This document shows, piece by piece, positions 1 to 9,843 of a stretch of 64,000 nucleotides of DNA. The DNA comes from Candidatus Omnitrophota bacterium (GTDB lineage: Bacteria > Omnitrophota > Gorgyraeia > JAZDFF01). A model generated the notes under the pieces. It was not told the DNA's origin, ran no database searches, and saw only the letters and a program-made list of their open reading frames with translations. The position numbers were made by a program, and so were the translations under genes. Position 1 is the stretch's first letter. Every line of letters begins with the position of its first letter. Where the stretch lies: contig JAZDFF010000042.1 in assembly GCA_043808095.1 (NCBI GenBank), forward strand, positions 137,364 to 201,363. The letters are read 5' to 3'.

Positions 1-1158
1 CAGTAAAATAGAGGCGACCTCTAAGCAACAAAATAAGACACAAATATAAATATATCTTGTATTTTTTATTGAAAGGTGGTAATTCAAAAGAATACTCACC
101 ATAGCATACATCCCCATTCCGATTGCAAAAAGCCTTGCCAAAGGAATAAGCACGAGATCGGTCTTTGCTGTAAGGATTTTGATAATTGCCCCGGGTAAAA
201 CCAGGACAATTATAACCGCAATAAAAATGATCGCCCCTGCTAAAAGCATAAACTTCTTTAATAAAGGAAATGTATTTTTATTTAAACTGCTTAGGCCGCT
301 GGTCTTAGGGAACAACACAATGGAAAATGCAGCCGGCAAAAATAAAATAATTTTACCCACCATCTGGGAAATCGAATAGTACCCAGCATCCTGAGGACTA
401 AAATAATGCTTTACCATTATTACGTCTATATTGGTAAGTATGCCGAATGTTAACATGGCTAAACCGACGGTAAAAAAATATTTAAATATTGGCAGAAGAG
501 GAAAACTCTTGCTTAAGCTGACTTTTGCCCGCCAAAGCATTTTGGGGATTTGAAATAACGAAAGCGAAAACGCAAATATTGAACCGCACAAAAATCCTCC
601 CAATGCGCCAAGATAGCCAAATCCTAAACTTACAAACAGTATTCCGCAAATCAGCTTAACTAGACCGGAAATGCCTATATTAACGGATAAATGACCAAAA
701 CGCTCCAATCCCTGCAAAGTCGCCTGAGTTATCGGCGAGAAGATATTGAATAAAACAAGAACCAATAAGAAAAATAGAGAGCTCGGGTCGGAAATTCTTA
801 AATAGTTGCCTAACGGTTTATATAAAAAAACGAATAAACATAATATAAGAAGCGATACATAGATTAATTTCTGACCAAGCCTAAAGATTATGGACTTTAT
901 TTTTCCCCAATCCTGGCGGGAGCTAAATTCAGAAATGAAACGCGTAATGCCTAAGCGGATTGTCATGGTAGGCAGAGAAAATATGACAAGTGCACTTACT
1001 AAAGAGTTTAGATTCCCGTATTCATCGGGCCTCAAGTGCCGTACCATGAATAACCAGAATATTAAATTGAAGACATTTTCCGCCGATGAAGAAAAAAACA
1101 TCAAACTGATATCTTTTATTAATCTATCTTTTAGTTTTGATTTAATTATTCCCAACAT
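1..1158 (-). CDS. wzx: Wzx/MATE-type oligosaccharide flippase (partial, 3' end runs off the window)
   Basis: Not in the ORF track. Manual translation from ATG at 1158 gives MLGIIKSKLKDRLIKDISLMFFSSSAENVFNLIFWLFMVRHLRPDEYGNLNSLV..., and the same frame reads ...LLNYHLSIKNTRYIYICVLFCCLEVASILL at position 1. Multi-TM, with the 'R.L.P.EYG' motif typical of Wzx. Confidence 0.85.
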   Translation of the reverse strand, partial: MLGIIKSKLKDRLIKDISLMFFSSSAENVFNLIFWLFMVRHLRPDEYGNLNSLVSALVIFSLPTMTIRLGITRFISEFSSRQDWGKIKSIIFRLGQKLIYVSLLILCLFVFLYKPLGNYLRISDPSSLFFLLVLVLFNIFSPITQATLQGLERFGHLSVNIGISGLVKLICGILFVSLGFGYLGALGGFLCGSIFAFSLSLFQIPKMLWRAKVSLSKSFPLLPIFKYFFTVGLAMLTFGILTNIDVIMVKHYFSPQDAGYYSISQMVGKIILFLPAAFSIVLFPKTSGLSSLNKNTFPLLKKFMLLAGAIIFIAVIIVLVLPGAIIKILTAKTDLVLIPLARLFAIGMGMYAMVSILLNYHLSIKNTRYIYICVLFCCLEVASILL

Positions 1159-1169
1159 AAAAAATTCCT

Positions 1170-2276
1170 TTATTCTTTAATTCTTCTTATGGTATCAATA
1201 ATGTAAGAAATCTGTCTTTCGGTAAGGCCATTGCCGGAAGGAAGATACAATCCTCTCGATGAAATATAATCGGCTACCGGGAATTTATCATTAAAACTAT
1301 ATCCCATTTTCTTAAAAACGGGTTGTTTATGCATAGGGACAAAAAATGCCCTGGTCTCTATTCCCCGGTCTTTAAGTTTTTTCATAAAACTTTCTCTCTT
1401 GGGGCCAAATTCATCCTGCAAAACAATACCATACATCCAATATACATTCCTGGCATATTCTTTTTCAACCGGGAGTTGAAGTCCTTCTATATCTTTAAGG
1501 CCGCGGCTATATAAAAAGGCATTTCTTCTCCTCGCGCTGATATACTTGTTAATTTTCTCAAGCTGGGCCAAACCAATGGCTGCCAGGATATTACTCATCC
1601 GATAATTATATCCCAATTCTCTATGAAAGAATCTCGTCTTACTGAAGGCTAAATTCTTAAGATACCGAGCACGCATGGCGATTCTCTTATTGTTGGTCAA
1701 AACCATTCCGCCCTCACCAGAGGTTATTATCTTATTGGCGTAGAAACTAAAACAGCTTACATCGCCAAAACTACCCACCCTTCTTCCTCTATATTCTGCG
1801 CCATGCGCCTCCGCAGCATCTTCTATCAGAAATAGATTATGTTTATTTGCGACCTTTAGTATCGGCCCCATATCACAAGGATGGCCGTAGATATGAACCA
1901 CCATTATAGCCTTGGTACGGAGAGTAACTTTCTCTTCAATCTTTCTAAAGTCAATATTGTAAGTATCCGGACAAATATCTACCGGAACAATCTTAGCCCT
2001 ACAATAACAGACGGCAAAGGCAGGGGCAATCATCGTGAATGTCGGCAAGATCACTTCATCGCCTTCTTTTAAACCCAGGGACTCTAAAGCCAGGTGCAAT
2101 GCCGTTGTTCCGCTGGTAGTGGCAATGCCGTATTTACGACTGCAATATCCGGCAAAACTATCTTCAAAATCACCAATGAATCTGCCCATCGAAGAAATCC
2201 AATTGGTTCTAAGGCATTCTAAAACATACTTTTCTTCGGTCTTTGATATAACAGGCTTGCAAACTGGTATCTTCAT
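1170..2276 (-). CDS. DegT/DnrJ/EryC1/StrS PLP aminotransferase, perosamine synthase-like
   Basis: SGTTALHLAL, EDAAEAHGA, FSFYANKIITSGEGG (catalytic Lys present), GYNYRM, GLYLPS. Confidence 0.9.
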   Translation of the reverse strand: MKIPVCKPVISKTEEKYVLECLRTNWISSMGRFIGDFEDSFAGYCSRKYGIATTSGTTALHLALESLGLKEGDEVILPTFTMIAPAFAVCYCRAKIVPVDICPDTYNIDFRKIEEKVTLRTKAIMVVHIYGHPCDMGPILKVANKHNLFLIEDAAEAHGAEYRGRRVGSFGDVSCFSFYANKIITSGEGGMVLTNNKRIAMRARYLKNLAFSKTRFFHRELGYNYRMSNILAAIGLAQLEKINKYISARRRNAFLYSRGLKDIEGLQLPVEKEYARNVYWMYGIVLQDEFGPKRESFMKKLKDRGIETRAFFVPMHKQPVFKKMGYSFNDKFPVADYISSRGLYLPSGNGLTERQISYIIDTIRRIKE

Positions 2277-2683
2277 TTTAAATCAATAAATTTTTTATCC
2301 TTTTCGGAACAAACATATGGCCCCTGCTTCACCTCAATAATCTTTGAATCTTCTAACATATTAAAACCATGGCCTCCCGAAATTATGACTATCGCATCAT
2401 TTTTACCAATAATCACGCTGCCTAATTTTCTTTTCACGTTATAGAAACTAACTTCTACCCTTCCATAAACCACATAAAGAACTTCCTGCGTATTGTTTAA
2501 TTTCCGTGTAAGCCTTCTGTGGATATGGGGGCGCAGAGTTATATTCTTTTTATGTACCAATACCCCCACCTGTAGGCTTCTTTTTTTTGAAGTTACAAAA
2601 TTAACGCCTTCTTGCCCAAATCCGGAGCGAATGACAATGGCGTAAAGCTTATTCTTAAACTTTATTTCCGATAGTTTGTTCAC
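2273..2683 (-). CDS. Small cupin-fold protein (WbuC-like)
   Basis: PHIH...TQEVL...GGHGF...EVKQGPY cupin metal-binding pattern; GTG start; 4-nt overlap with the aminotransferase. Confidence 0.7.
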   Translation of the reverse strand: MNKLSEIKFKNKLYAIVIRSGFGQEGVNFVTSKKRSLQVGVLVHKKNITLRPHIHRRLTRKLNNTQEVLYVVYGRVEVSFYNVKRKLGSVIIGKNDAIVIISGGHGFNMLEDSKIIEVKQGPYVCSEKDKKFIDLK

Positions 2684-2843
2684 TTTGCCCTCTTAAATTA
2701 TGGACTTAAACTATTTCACTGAACGAAATTGCCTGAAATGTTTACATCTATATCATTTTCCTGAAAACAATATTTCAAATGCAATAAGTTGAATAACTTA
2801 ATGTTCGTAAAAAGCTAAGCCTATATATTTAATCAACTTATTA

Positions 2844-4085
2844 TTACTTTTGTTCGCTTTGTGTCAAGTATCTTAAATTTGCCATCAATAAACCAAGTAA
2901 TAACCAAAAAATCATTACAATCTGCAAGCTATAGAAATGGGTATCGAATGCGCTATGCACCAAATAAGCCAATAAGCCTCCCAATAAACCAACAGAAAGA
3001 TTTTTATAAACAGAATCTTCATGTTTTTTAATCAATTCTACTGACTTAATAAATAAGGTAAAAATCACGAACATAAAACTAGTCAACCCCAAGACGCCTG
3101 TTTCAGCAAGCATCTGCAGAAAACAATTATGGGCATAAGTAGGCCCCCAGGAATATTCAATTATATTGTTTAATCTTTCAAAATTGAACATAAACGTGCC
3201 TAATCCTACTCCCGTGAGAGGATTCTCAAGAAACATGCTTATCCCTATTCTATTTAGGACTACTCTGTCTTTTACCCCATTATCAGAAAAATTAAATAAG
3301 GCACCAAACCCGGCCTTCATATCCTGAGGATACAAAAACCAAATGCTCGCAAAAAATAAAATAACGAATAGTAAAATAAAGGCAGTCCGTTTTTCTTTAA
3401 ACAAAATAATAAATATGGCCCCGAGAATAAACCCCAACCATGCCCCGCGCGAAAACGACAAAAATAAACAGGTTAATAGACCCAGACTTAAAATCCTGAA
3501 GGCGATTCTTAAAATAAAATTTTTAAATTTATAAAAAATCAGGCTCAGGTTTATTATAAGAAGCGGCGATATGTATGCGGCAAAGTCATTTGCAGAAATA
3601 AAAGGCCCCATTATTCTAAAGGTAAAGGGCCGCGCATCATAGTACCAGACTCTGTTACGGATAAAATCCTTATGGGTACAAAACTGAAATAGGCCATCAA
3701 CGCAGATCAGGGCACTGGAAATAAATAAAATCGTTAAAATATTTCTTATTTTTTTCCTGGAGTTCATGCTTTCTATAATAACAAAAAATATCAAAACATA
3801 TTCAGCAAGCTTTAATATGAAAGTCCTGATGCTTATTGCGAAATTCGTACTAAATATTACTGAAATACCGCAAATTACTACATAAATCAATAAGGGTTTA
3901 TCTAAAAACGTATCAAAAGTAAATTTTCTAATTATTACCTTCTTAAGCAGAAACGCAAATATTGCAATAGTGGCGAAGATTTCTATTAAGGCATTGGATA
4001 TGGGTAAAAAATAGGCCAGAGAATATAACGAGTATTCCATTACTCTATCTAGTATAACTATACAATTCTGTTTATTTATCGACAT
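2844..4085 (-). CDS. O-antigen ligase family (Wzy_C/WaaL-like) protein
   Basis: Multi-TM; R..GPF..NDFAAY, SFSRGAWLG, R...NPLTGVGLGTF, AHNCFLQMLAETGVLG. Confidence 0.9.
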   Translation of the reverse strand: MSINKQNCIVILDRVMEYSLYSLAYFLPISNALIEIFATIAIFAFLLKKVIIRKFTFDTFLDKPLLIYVVICGISVIFSTNFAISIRTFILKLAEYVLIFFVIIESMNSRKKIRNILTILFISSALICVDGLFQFCTHKDFIRNRVWYYDARPFTFRIMGPFISANDFAAYISPLLIINLSLIFYKFKNFILRIAFRILSLGLLTCLFLSFSRGAWLGFILGAIFIILFKEKRTAFILLFVILFFASIWFLYPQDMKAGFGALFNFSDNGVKDRVVLNRIGISMFLENPLTGVGLGTFMFNFERLNNIIEYSWGPTYAHNCFLQMLAETGVLGLTSFMFVIFTLFIKSVELIKKHEDSVYKNLSVGLLGGLLAYLVHSAFDTHFYSLQIVMIFWLLLGLLMANLRYLTQSEQK

Positions 4086-5895
4086 CGCCTTCTTCCTTTA
4101 GGTCCAGAATGCCTGAAATCTTTCTATACGGAATATCGCAATATTCGCAAATTGTACTGAATTCAATAATTTCTTTTTTTCTATTGTGTGGCAGGGTAAT
4201 CAACAGTTCATCAATTTTATAATCTTTTATCAAATTGGCAACATCTTCCCGGGAGCCCAAAATTGGAATACCATGAATTCTTTTACCGGCCTTTTCCGTA
4301 TCGTCGTCAATAAAACCAACGGGATGGTAATTCACGGTCTTACTTCTCTTAATTTCTCTTAAGACCATTTCGCCGGTATTTCCGGCTCCTATTATTAGAA
4401 TCCGTTTTCCCTTGGTCCGGGCCGAGAAAAAGTATTCGTTTAAAATAGGCAGAATTACTCTAATACCGCAGACTAAAAATAATAAAATCAACCAATCAAT
4501 TATGAATATGACTCTCGAAAAATCTTTAAATCTGAAAATTAAAGTCAGCATAACTATGCCTAAGAGCGAACTTATAGTAACCGCCTTAAATATAGAGATT
4601 AAATCAGGAATACTAATATATTCCCTTACCCTGTTATATAATCCGAACTTAAAAAATGCCACCATTCTAATAACAATCATTATGGGCAGAGATTCCCTAA
4701 TCAGGAGAAATGCCGCCTCGGGGATCTTCGACTCATATTTAAGCAAATAGGCACAGTAGTACGAAATACAAATTAAAACAAGATCGAAGCTTACTTCTAA
4801 AAAAATGCGCTTATAAAGTAAAACAGTATTGAGAACGACTTTATTTTGCTTTAATTTCTTTTGTCTTGCAAATTCAATGTCTTCCTTGCTCTCATAAGTC
4901 TGGACATCGGACAAAAAAATCCCAAAGAAAAATAGGATAATGAACGTAAGGAGCATGAGTATAAAAACTATTATAAAGTCGATTTTGGTATACGTAAGTG
5001 CAATTAAGCCAAATAAAATACTGATAATATATAACAAAACTACTGCCCTTCTTTCAGGGAGACCTAACGAAACTATACGATGAGAAGTATGATCTCTGCC
5101 GCCTTGCCAAAAAGACCTGCCTCCGAATTTCCTCATCAGCATGACAAATATCGTATCAAAAATAGGAACTCCCAAAATTAAAACCGGTATTGACAAGGTA
5201 ATGATAAAATTCGAGACGTGCCTATAGGAACTCATAATACTTATTACGGCCAAACTGAATCCTAAAAACATACTCCCTGAATCTCCCATGTAAATTTTTG
5301 CAGGATTAAAATTGTAAGGCAAAAAACCCAGCGTCGCTGCGGCCAATATCAAACCCACCACGCCTATACCATCATTATTTAATAAGAGGGATGAGGCAAA
5401 AATCATCATCCCGGAGATTACGGCAATGCCGGCAGCTAAACCATCCATATTGTCCAGTAGATTAAACGAGTTAGTAATTCCGATAATCCAAAAAAAAGTT
5501 AAAAGATATGAAAAAAACTGGAATTTAGGTATATTGAAGGTAATGCCCAGAAGAATGACTATACAACTGGCAATAATCTGGCCCAGCAGTTTCATTTGAG
5601 GTCTCATTGGCTTGAAATCGTCACTTAAGCCCCAGGCAAAGATAAAACTCGAACCAAGCAATAATCCCCAGATCATTCTTTCCGTTTTAAAAAACAACAC
5701 TATCCCAATTATCGAAGATAGATAGATTCCTATGCCGCCCAGTAACGCCGTAACTCTTCTGTGCCAGCGATCTTGCTTTGGCTTAGCAACAAGTTTGTAC
5801 CTTATGGCCAAAGACCGGACCACCGGAGTAAAAATTAGAGATAGGCCAAAAGGAAGCAAAAATATTGGTAAGTACTGTAAATATTCTAAATACAT
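4072..5895 (-). CDS. WecA/MraY-family undecaprenyl-phosphate HexNAc-1-P transferase fused to a CapD/PglF-like N-terminal (4 TM + CoA-binding Rossmann) module
   Basis: N-half: LLGGIGI, GLSDD, NSFNLLDNMDGLA, YNFNPAKIYMGDSGS, DHTSHR. C-half: 4 TMs, then ILIIGAGNTGE...PVGFIDDD..K.GKRIHGIPILG. Confidence 0.88.
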   Translation of the reverse strand: MYLEYLQYLPIFLLPFGLSLIFTPVVRSLAIRYKLVAKPKQDRWHRRVTALLGGIGIYLSSIIGIVLFFKTERMIWGLLLGSSFIFAWGLSDDFKPMRPQMKLLGQIIASCIVILLGITFNIPKFQFFSYLLTFFWIIGITNSFNLLDNMDGLAAGIAVISGMMIFASSLLLNNDGIGVVGLILAAATLGFLPYNFNPAKIYMGDSGSMFLGFSLAVISIMSSYRHVSNFIITLSIPVLILGVPIFDTIFVMLMRKFGGRSFWQGGRDHTSHRIVSLGLPERRAVVLLYIISILFGLIALTYTKIDFIIVFILMLLTFIILFFFGIFLSDVQTYESKEDIEFARQKKLKQNKVVLNTVLLYKRIFLEVSFDLVLICISYYCAYLLKYESKIPEAAFLLIRESLPIMIVIRMVAFFKFGLYNRVREYISIPDLISIFKAVTISSLLGIVMLTLIFRFKDFSRVIFIIDWLILLFLVCGIRVILPILNEYFFSARTKGKRILIIGAGNTGEMVLREIKRSKTVNYHPVGFIDDDTEKAGKRIHGIPILGSREDVANLIKDYKIDELLITLPHNRKKEIIEFSTICEYCDIPYRKISGILDLKEEGDVDK

Positions 5896-5896
5896 T

Positions 5897-6865
5897 TTAT
5901 AATATATTTTTATAATAAGTAATAACGTCTTTAATAATGCTATTTAAATCTGCTGTCGGCTTGAAACCGATTAACCGATTAATCTTAGTTATATCGGGAA
6001 CCCTACGCTGCATATCCTCGAAACCTTCCTCGTAAGCCTCATCATAAGGAATGAACTTAATCTCTGAGCTACTGCCCGTAATGTCGATAATCCTTTTAGC
6101 TAAATCTCTTATCGATATTTCTTCCTGACTGCCAAGGTTAAAAACTTCGCCTACTGCCTTTGGATTATTGACTAATTTGATCAAGGCTGATACTACGTCT
6201 TTTACATGTAAAAAACAGCGCGTTTGCTTGCCGTCTCCATAAATGGTTAAAGGATCATTGTTTAAGGCCTGAGTTATAAAACGTGGTATAACCATCCCAT
6301 AAGCTGCTGACTGTCTGGGACCAACAGTATTAAAAAGCCTGACAATTATTGAAGGAAGATTATTTTGTTTCCAGTAAATATAAGCAAGCATTTCATCGAC
6401 TGCTTTTGCTGTAGAATACCCCCATCTGCTTTTTAGGGGAGAACCTAATATCCGGTCATCTCCTTCCTTTAATGGACCATTCGTATTCTTGCCATAAATT
6501 TCCGAAGTAGAAGTAATCAATATCTTTTTATTATATCGACAGGCTATCTCTAAAACTACCTCACTCCCCTTTATATTAGTTGTGAGTGACTGTAACGGTT
6601 TTTTTACAATTAACTCGACACCCACTGCGGCAGCAAGATGAAACACGACATCTACTTTTTCTACCAATTTATCTACTAATGCTGTATCAAGAATGCTTCC
6701 TCTGACTAACTCAAGGTTTTTATTATTCTCAAACTGCTTAATATTTTCGAGCCTTCCTGTCGAAAAATCATCCAAAACAACCACCTGGTTTTTGTGATCT
6801 TTTAGCAGTTCTTCCGCTAAATGCGAACCAATAAATCCTGCTCCTCCTGTGACTAATACCCTCAT
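5897..6865 (-). CDS. NAD-dependent nucleotide-sugar epimerase/dehydratase (extended SDR)
   Basis: VLVTGGAGFIGSHL, STSEIYGK, YSTAK (YxxxK), RLFNTVGPRQ. Confidence 0.9.
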   Translation of the reverse strand: MRVLVTGGAGFIGSHLAEELLKDHKNQVVVLDDFSTGRLENIKQFENNKNLELVRGSILDTALVDKLVEKVDVVFHLAAAVGVELIVKKPLQSLTTNIKGSEVVLEIACRYNKKILITSTSEIYGKNTNGPLKEGDDRILGSPLKSRWGYSTAKAVDEMLAYIYWKQNNLPSIIVRLFNTVGPRQSAAYGMVIPRFITQALNNDPLTIYGDGKQTRCFLHVKDVVSALIKLVNNPKAVGEVFNLGSQEEISIRDLAKRIIDITGSSSEIKFIPYDEAYEEGFEDMQRRVPDITKINRLIGFKPTADLNSIIKDVITYYKNIL

Positions 6866-8055
6866 TTTATCTCCTTTTCAGCTAACAAATCTCCATATAA
6901 CCGTTCCATATCTTCAATTAATCTCTCTTTTCTAAATCTGTCTCTAACAAAGCCCCTGCCTGCTTCTCCTATCTTTATCCTTAAATCTTTGTTCTTCATT
7001 AAATTAATCAAAGACTTGGTAAATGCCTCGGCATCCTTAGAGCTTACCAATATGTTTTCAGGAGGCAGGCCGGCTAATTGACAAACTGGATTAATTAAAT
7101 CCCTCACCCCGCCAACGTCTGTCGCCACAACTGCGCAACCGGCTGCCATCGCCTCTATTAATGAAACTGGATTACCCTCGTTTAAAGAGGTTAAGGCCAC
7201 AATATCCAAATTAGAATATAAATTTACCAGATCCTTCTGCCAACCCGTAAAGGTAACATAATTATTTAAACCTAATTCTTGAGCATAGCTTTCCAGAGTG
7301 TTTTTTAACTCTCCGTCGCCAACAATAATAAACTGACGATCGCCGATAACAGAGGAATGATTGCTCAGAATCAGTTTTACTGTTTCAAGAAACATAGCGT
7401 GATTTTTTATCTTCGTAAGCCGGCCCACAATTCCTATTTTAGGCCCAGAGTTTCTTTCTATAGGAATGGATAAAAGCTGATCAAGTTCTAGGCCTAAATG
7501 TATTACTATTAATTTATCAGGACTGCCTATCCCTAATTCTAACAACTCCTTTTTAACTGTCTGGCTTACAGCAATAATCTTATCCGTAAATTGAGCTAGA
7601 ATTCTCTCAATACAAATAAATACCCTGGTTTTAAATCTCCCAAAATAACTATGTAAAACATGTCCATGGAAGGTATGTATTAGGATACATCTTTTCTTGC
7701 CAACAATCAAATTATATAACAGTCCTGCAAGCCTTCCTAATGTCCCGGCCTTTGCCGTATGGGTGTGAATTATATCGGGTTTCTCCCTCAAAATTAAAAG
7801 AAAAAGTCTTAAAAAAGTACGTAAGTCATTTATAAAGCTGATGTTACGGGATAAGGCAGGAATAATTATCGGTACTACATTTTTACTCTTAGCAAGATAT
7901 ATCATATCGGCCTCATGGGAATCCACACTACCAGTAGCCAAAAGTGAGTGAAATCTATTTTTATTTAGCCCGTGCGTAAGCAGGATGCAATGAATTGCCG
8001 GACCGCCTATGTTAAGTCTTGCAATTATTCTTAAAATTTTTACCTTTTTATCCAT
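6862..8055 (-). CDS. Glycosyltransferase family 4
   Basis: RLNIGGPA, HTHTAKAG, HTFHGH, VGRL..IKN, SLNEGNPVSLIEAMA (EX7E). Confidence 0.92.
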   Translation of the reverse strand: MDKKVKILRIIARLNIGGPAIHCILLTHGLNKNRFHSLLATGSVDSHEADMIYLAKSKNVVPIIIPALSRNISFINDLRTFLRLFLLILREKPDIIHTHTAKAGTLGRLAGLLYNLIVGKKRCILIHTFHGHVLHSYFGRFKTRVFICIERILAQFTDKIIAVSQTVKKELLELGIGSPDKLIVIHLGLELDQLLSIPIERNSGPKIGIVGRLTKIKNHAMFLETVKLILSNHSSVIGDRQFIIVGDGELKNTLESYAQELGLNNYVTFTGWQKDLVNLYSNLDIVALTSLNEGNPVSLIEAMAAGCAVVATDVGGVRDLINPVCQLAGLPPENILVSSKDAEAFTKSLINLMKNKDLRIKIGEAGRGFVRDRFRKERLIEDMERLYGDLLAEKEIK

Positions 8056-8591
8056 TTCAGGGATAAACTATTTCTAACAATATCCTGCCAGGTTGCCTTA
8101 CAAAAGAACCCAATAAAGCAAAACAATAAAGATGACCCCAAAAGCATCCATCTTAAGAGGCTAATTTCTTTATGAAAACCAACTGACATCAGCATATCAG
8201 TAATTATTGCAGTAATAATAATTATGCTCCCCGTCCTAATCGGAATAGAGCTAAAATTTTCCTCCAATAGTTTTATTGAATTAATTATTTTACTTGTACC
8301 AAACAAAATAGCTACTTCTGTCTTTAGCATGCTAGAAGATTTTTTACAATATCGAATAATACGACTATTATTAAAATATACCGTGCTCTTACAGTTAAAC
8401 CGCGCGGATTTCTTAATGACACTAAATACATAAGAATCCTTTGGTGGATTTTTTAAAAAATTTATTAGGCTATAGAGATGACCGCTTTCGAAGCTGGCCT
8501 CTATTTTTAGATCTATTTGGCGGCATACCTTTAAGGCATGCATTATCAGCAATACGACAGAACTTGTATTGATTAAGTCTCTGATTCTCAT
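8040..8591 (-). CDS. Hypothetical membrane protein (two C-terminal TM segments)
   Basis: 183-aa ORF in operon context; hydrophobic segments GSIIIITAIITDMLMSV and WMLLGSSLLFCFIGFF. Confidence 0.6.
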   Translation of the reverse strand: MRIRDLINTSSVVLLIMHALKVCRQIDLKIEASFESGHLYSLINFLKNPPKDSYVFSVIKKSARFNCKSTVYFNNSRIIRYCKKSSSMLKTEVAILFGTSKIINSIKLLEENFSSIPIRTGSIIIITAIITDMLMSVGFHKEISLLRWMLLGSSLLFCFIGFFCKATWQDIVRNSLSLKWIKR

Positions 8592-8615
8592 TGCATGAAT
8601 GTTAAAAAATTATCA

Positions 8616-9821
8616 TCATGGCTCTACCCCTACAATTATGCCCGAAATACTATACATATCCGTAGAAAATGTAATAGGATTGCCTATTTTCACAGGGAAA
8701 TTTTTAAAAAAAGTTATTTCGTCTTTCTCCGCACAAAACGTTTTCATAGAAACTACTATCTCCTTTAAGAATGGATGGTTAACCATAACTAAATTGTTTT
8801 CTTTAAAAGTTAGCATCTCGGATTGTTTAGAACTTATAACTGCATCGATTTTTGCCACTACTTGGCCAGAGAGGTCTTTTTCAACATCTCCTTCATGTAT
8901 AATATCTGCAATTTCGGGAATTATTTCAAAAAATCTGACCTTCAACTTCAGCCATCTTGTTTTAGTTTGATAAATAGAACTGAAGGCTCCGGAAGCTAAA
9001 AAAACAGATTTATATTTATCAGTATTAAATTCAATCGGAAAATTATATGTCAATTTACGGTCCTTATAGAAAATTTGACTGTTTTCATCCGTTTTGCATT
9101 TTAATCTTACTTTTACAAAAATCTGTTTTCTGTTAGGGTCTACCCCTTGTAGAAAATTTCCACTACCCAAATCAATATTAACAATATTATTTTCTAATTC
9201 GCCGACATTTAAAATTTCGGCTATAACTTGTCCGTTCTCATCTACTTCCTTATCTCCTACTAGAACCAATTTTGCAGTATCGTTGTTTAATTCTTTAATC
9301 GATCCATAAAGATCTATTAGCGATTCCTCTATATTCTTAAGCCCGCGGATTGCCTTAACCGAATATTTTTCTGTTGCAAAATCAAAAATAGAATTAAGCG
9401 CTATAGGACTATATTTATAATACAAACCATCCGGACGAACTCCCACTATTAATTTAAGCCTGGCAGAAATTTGCTTTAAATTTTTATCAGTTTTTAAAAA
9501 TTCTTCCTTAGGGCCTACTTTGATTTTATATTCATAAGGACCTACCTCCCCAAGGCTGATTATTTCTCCGATAACCTCTCCGCTTTCATTTAATTCTTTA
9601 TCCCCGACCGAAATTAACTTTGCAATTTGAGGCTCTAATTTTATGAACTGGCAATCGAAAACTTCTTCAATAAAATCTTTTTTAGAAAATTTTGGTTTTG
9701 CAGAAAATAATCTATAGCCGAAATAAAACATCGTTATAAAACAAATCAAAGATACAATTATTAAAAAATCGATTATGTTTAGCTTTCCAAACAGTCTGCC
9801 ATTTTCATCTATTATTTTCAA
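8616..9821 (-). CDS. DUF4330-like protein with three tandem domain copies
   Basis: MKIIDENGRLFGKLNIIDF plus TM is the DUF4330-type N-terminus; three internal repeats; TTG start with strong SD AGGGAGGT. Confidence 0.75.
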   Translation of the reverse strand: MKIIDENGRLFGKLNIIDFLIIVSLICFITMFYFGYRLFSAKPKFSKKDFIEEVFDCQFIKLEPQIAKLISVGDKELNESGEVIGEIISLGEVGPYEYKIKVGPKEEFLKTDKNLKQISARLKLIVGVRPDGLYYKYSPIALNSIFDFATEKYSVKAIRGLKNIEESLIDLYGSIKELNNDTAKLVLVGDKEVDENGQVIAEILNVGELENNIVNIDLGSGNFLQGVDPNRKQIFVKVRLKCKTDENSQIFYKDRKLTYNFPIEFNTDKYKSVFLASGAFSSIYQTKTRWLKLKVRFFEIIPEIADIIHEGDVEKDLSGQVVAKIDAVISSKQSEMLTFKENNLVMVNHPFLKEIVVSMKTFCAEKDEITFFKNFPVKIGNPITFSTDMYSISGIIVGVEP

Positions 9822-9843
9822 TTTGACCTCCCTTTTTTTGGCC

